Positions 15,789 to 17,650 of a stretch of 17,650 bases of DNA are shown piece by piece. The DNA is taken from positions 1 to 17,650 of the forward strand of contig CAXTTL010000087.1 of the NCBI GenBank assembly GCA_964247135.1, read 5' to 3'. Both the position numbers and the translations under genes were made by a program. Below the pieces are notes generated by a model that was given only the letters and a program-made list of their open reading frames with translations, was not told the origin of the DNA and searched no databases. This stretch comes from an uncultured Deinococcales bacterium (GTDB lineage Bacteria; Deinococcota; Deinococci; Deinococcales; JAAFIG01). Positions within the stretch are counted from its first letter, which is position 1. Each line of letters begins with the position of its first letter.

Positions 15789-16323
15789 ATGGTTTCGCCA
15801 AATCCATCGTCCAATATGGGCTGTTCGGGCTTGCATTTGGGAACAGTGCCGCCACGCCGATTTCGCTAAAATTGGCGTTCATGATGTTGGCACAGTGCCC
15901 CGCACTGTTCAACCAGGCGTCCATCACAATTTGGGTGGTGGACTGCCCCCAGGCGATGTTCTCGCCCCAAGTGTTGAACGTATAACCCTGGATTTTCATT
16001 CTGTCCCCAGGACTCGAGCCGTTGGAACCCGTGTGATCAAAAAAATTGTGGTCGATCATGTCTTGATTGTGCGCTCGAGCCGCCGCCTCGAGTTTGCTGT
16101 TCCAAGCCAAAGCTGGCGCGGCGGGATAATTTTTGGTTCCACAAGTCCGTGCTGAAGCTCGGGCGGCGTTGACTTGATTGAGAATATCTTGGTTGAAAGC
16201 GTTTAAGGTTGTGGTTGGCGGTGTGGTCGCGCCAGGTTTGGAAATCATGGGGTTGCTCGTGCCGCAAGCGGTCAAGCTGAGCAGCAAAACAATCGCAACC
16301 TGAAATCTCGGGTGTCCAGACAT
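15787..16323 (-). CDS. CAP (SCP/YkwD-like) domain lipoprotein
   Basis: Lipobox LTAC; VNAARA...CG, AARAHNQDM, FFDHTG, GENIAWG, WLNSAGHCANIM. Confidence 0.92.
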   Translation of the reverse strand: MSGHPRFQVAIVLLLSLTACGTSNPMISKPGATTPPTTTLNAFNQDILNQVNAARASARTCGTKNYPAAPALAWNSKLEAAARAHNQDMIDHNFFDHTGSNGSSPGDRMKIQGYTFNTWGENIAWGQSTTQIVMDAWLNSAGHCANIMNANFSEIGVAALFPNASPNSPYWTMDLAKP

Positions 16324-16444
16324 ACCCTAGAGTTTACGAAAGACTATGGGTTTTTGAGGGTCAAAATTGTGTTGAGAATGAAGCTCGAGCCAATAAATCA
16401 GCGCCAACTTTTCAAAGTCTTGATCTCTTGCCACAATAAACATC

Positions 16445-16678
16445 ATGAACAGTGTTTTGCAAAATTCAATTGCTCAACTATCAACCAACGAACAACTCGA
16501 GTTGGCACAATGGATTATTGGCAATGTTCAGGCGCAACAAGAATGAAACATCCCAGATTTAACACCGCTTGAACTTCGTTAAGTATTGCAACGCGCCAGC
16601 GATCACCCTCGAGATGCTAAACCCCCAGAGCAGTTGTTTGATGCCATCAAAACCAACCGTGAAATTCGGAATGCTTGA
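16445..16678 (+). pseudogene. Decayed addiction-module antitoxin (TIGR02574-like)
   Basis: Reads MNSVLQNSIAQLSTNEQLELAQWIIGNVQAQQE*NIPDLTPLELR*VLQRASDHPRDAKPPEQLFDAIKTNREIRNA*, with in-frame stops at 16544 and 16580. Size and pattern resemble this antitoxin family (recognised by eye). Confidence 0.6.
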
Positions 16679-16855
16679 TGTATTTCTTGGTTCTTGATGA
16701 CAAATTCAAGACCAATTGCTTCACATCAGTCAGAATTTCAGTGAAGCTCGAGGGCAACAATTTGTTCGGGTTCTCAAAAATGGCTTTGATACATCGTTCG
16801 CGTGGTGGCTTGTTACCATGTTCGCAGTGACCCTGAAACTTGGTTGCGGCAATAA
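16671..16855 (+). pseudogene. Decayed RelE/ParE family toxin
   Basis: ATG overlaps the antitoxin end by 8 nt. Reads MLDVFLGS**QIQDQLLHISQNFSEARGQQFVRVLKNGFD, then in a shifted frame YIVRVVACYHVRSDPETWLRQ*, a typical ParE C-terminus. The central part is missing. Confidence 0.6.
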
Positions 16856-16917
16856 CACTTCACTCGAGCGTCACCCTTTGCACACATCTGCAAAATATAA
16901 ACCACTAGAATAGATTC

Positions 16918-17650
16918 ATGTCGCTCGAGTTGATTTTCATGCTGGTCTTGGCGTATTTGGTGGGCAGTTTGCCGTTTGGGTACTGGTTGGCGCGTGCCAA
17001 AGGACTCGAACCGCTGCGCAGCGCCTCTTACAACATCGGTTTTGAAAATGCCATGCGCGTCTTGGGCGAGGACACGGTGATCGTGTCGTTCATGCTGGAT
17101 TTTTTAAAGGGCGCATTGGTGGTTGGTCTGGTCGCGCCGTTTGATGGCAACGAACCTGCCCTGCTGGCGGGTTTGGCGGGTTATGTGGGGCATCTGTACC
17201 CCCCCGCGTTTTATTTTTCCAAAGCCTATCCGGTGCGCGGTCGCGGTAACGTTTTTATTTTGGGTATGCTGGCGGGCTTGGCAGTTTTCACCGCGTTTCC
17301 ATTTTGGATGGCGGTTTTGCCGATCATCGTTTGGGCGGCGCTGCTGGGCTGGACGCGATATGTGGCACTCTCGAGCTTGGCGGCGGGAGCAACCCTGGCG
17401 CTCGAAGTGCTGCTCTCCCCTTCTGACGCCTGGGGACGGTTTGCCGTGCTGGTTTTGCTGGCGGCAGTGATTTGGCGTTTCAAGGAAAACTTGGGTCGTG
17501 TGCTGGACAAGACCGAACCCAAAGTCGGCGAGGTGCATCATATCGCCGGCGAGCGCAAAGACCAAATTGTCAGTGCGTTTATCATTCATCCGCTTTCACC
17601 TGACGCGGTGTTCATGACCGAACGCGCAAAATGGCTCAAACCGCTGTATG
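16918..17650 (+). CDS. Divergent PlsY-like (glycerol-3-phosphate acyltransferase family) membrane domain fused to a further soluble domain, partial (absent from the ORF track)
   Basis: Open frame to the right edge: MSLELIFMLVLAYLVGSLPFGYWL...SYNIGFENAMRVLG...LDFLKG...VGHLYP...RGRG...TRYVALSSL...RFKENLGRVLDKTEPKVGE, continuing into ...SAFIIHPLSPD... Confidence 0.88.
   Translation, partial: MSLELIFMLVLAYLVGSLPFGYWLARAKGLEPLRSASYNIGFENAMRVLGEDTVIVSFMLDFLKGALVVGLVAPFDGNEPALLAGLAGYVGHLYPPAFYFSKAYPVRGRGNVFILGMLAGLAVFTAFPFWMAVLPIIVWAALLGWTRYVALSSLAAGATLALEVLLSPSDAWGRFAVLVLLAAVIWRFKENLGRVLDKTEPKVGEVHHIAGERKDQIVSAFIIHPLSPDAVFMTERAKWLKPLY

Noticed and set aside
16312-16913. ORFs 16312-16572 and 16716-16913 as real small genes
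   Set aside because: The first is off-frame to the antitoxin relic. The second is a fragment of the toxin pseudogene running into non-homologous sequence after the frameshift.
17104-17589. ORFs 17104-17589, 17123-17470 and 17226-17522
   Set aside because: They overlap the clear PlsY-like frame starting at 16918.
1-17650. Mobile elements, prophage, tRNA/rRNA
   Set aside because: No transposase, integrase, phage gene or structured RNA gene signature was recognised.

Overview
A gene-dense bacterial chromosomal window of moderate GC. It is probably from a Deinococcota (Deinococcales-like) organism, inferred from the TPR-sensor signalling proteins, the PlsY-reductase-like fusion, apparent leaderless genes and a Thermus PaaR-type operator. 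The left part is on the minus strand: a partial secreted hypothetical protein, a SARP/BTAD-type activator, TetR, DM13, YceI and a Tat-exported 5'-nucleotidase. Three of these genes (SARP, TetR, YceI) share one palindromic operator. The plus strand carries pckA, a lipoprotein S8 subtilase whose short pro-region has three tandem ATGRSAW heptapeptides, a soluble TPR-HisKA-HATPase-REC kinase, a REC-HD-GYP protein, OsmC, a permuted ACP-like protein and a beta-lactamase-family serine hydrolase. These are followed by a CAP lipoprotein (minus strand), a decayed toxin-antitoxin pair missed by the ORF track, and a partial divergent PlsY fusion. The two strongest signals are (1) the protease/peptide-repeat + TPR kinase + HD-GYP trio, which looks like a candidate RRNPP-like peptide signalling system, and (2) about 100 copies (manual count) of the palindrome CTCGAG, a HIP1-like over-representation.
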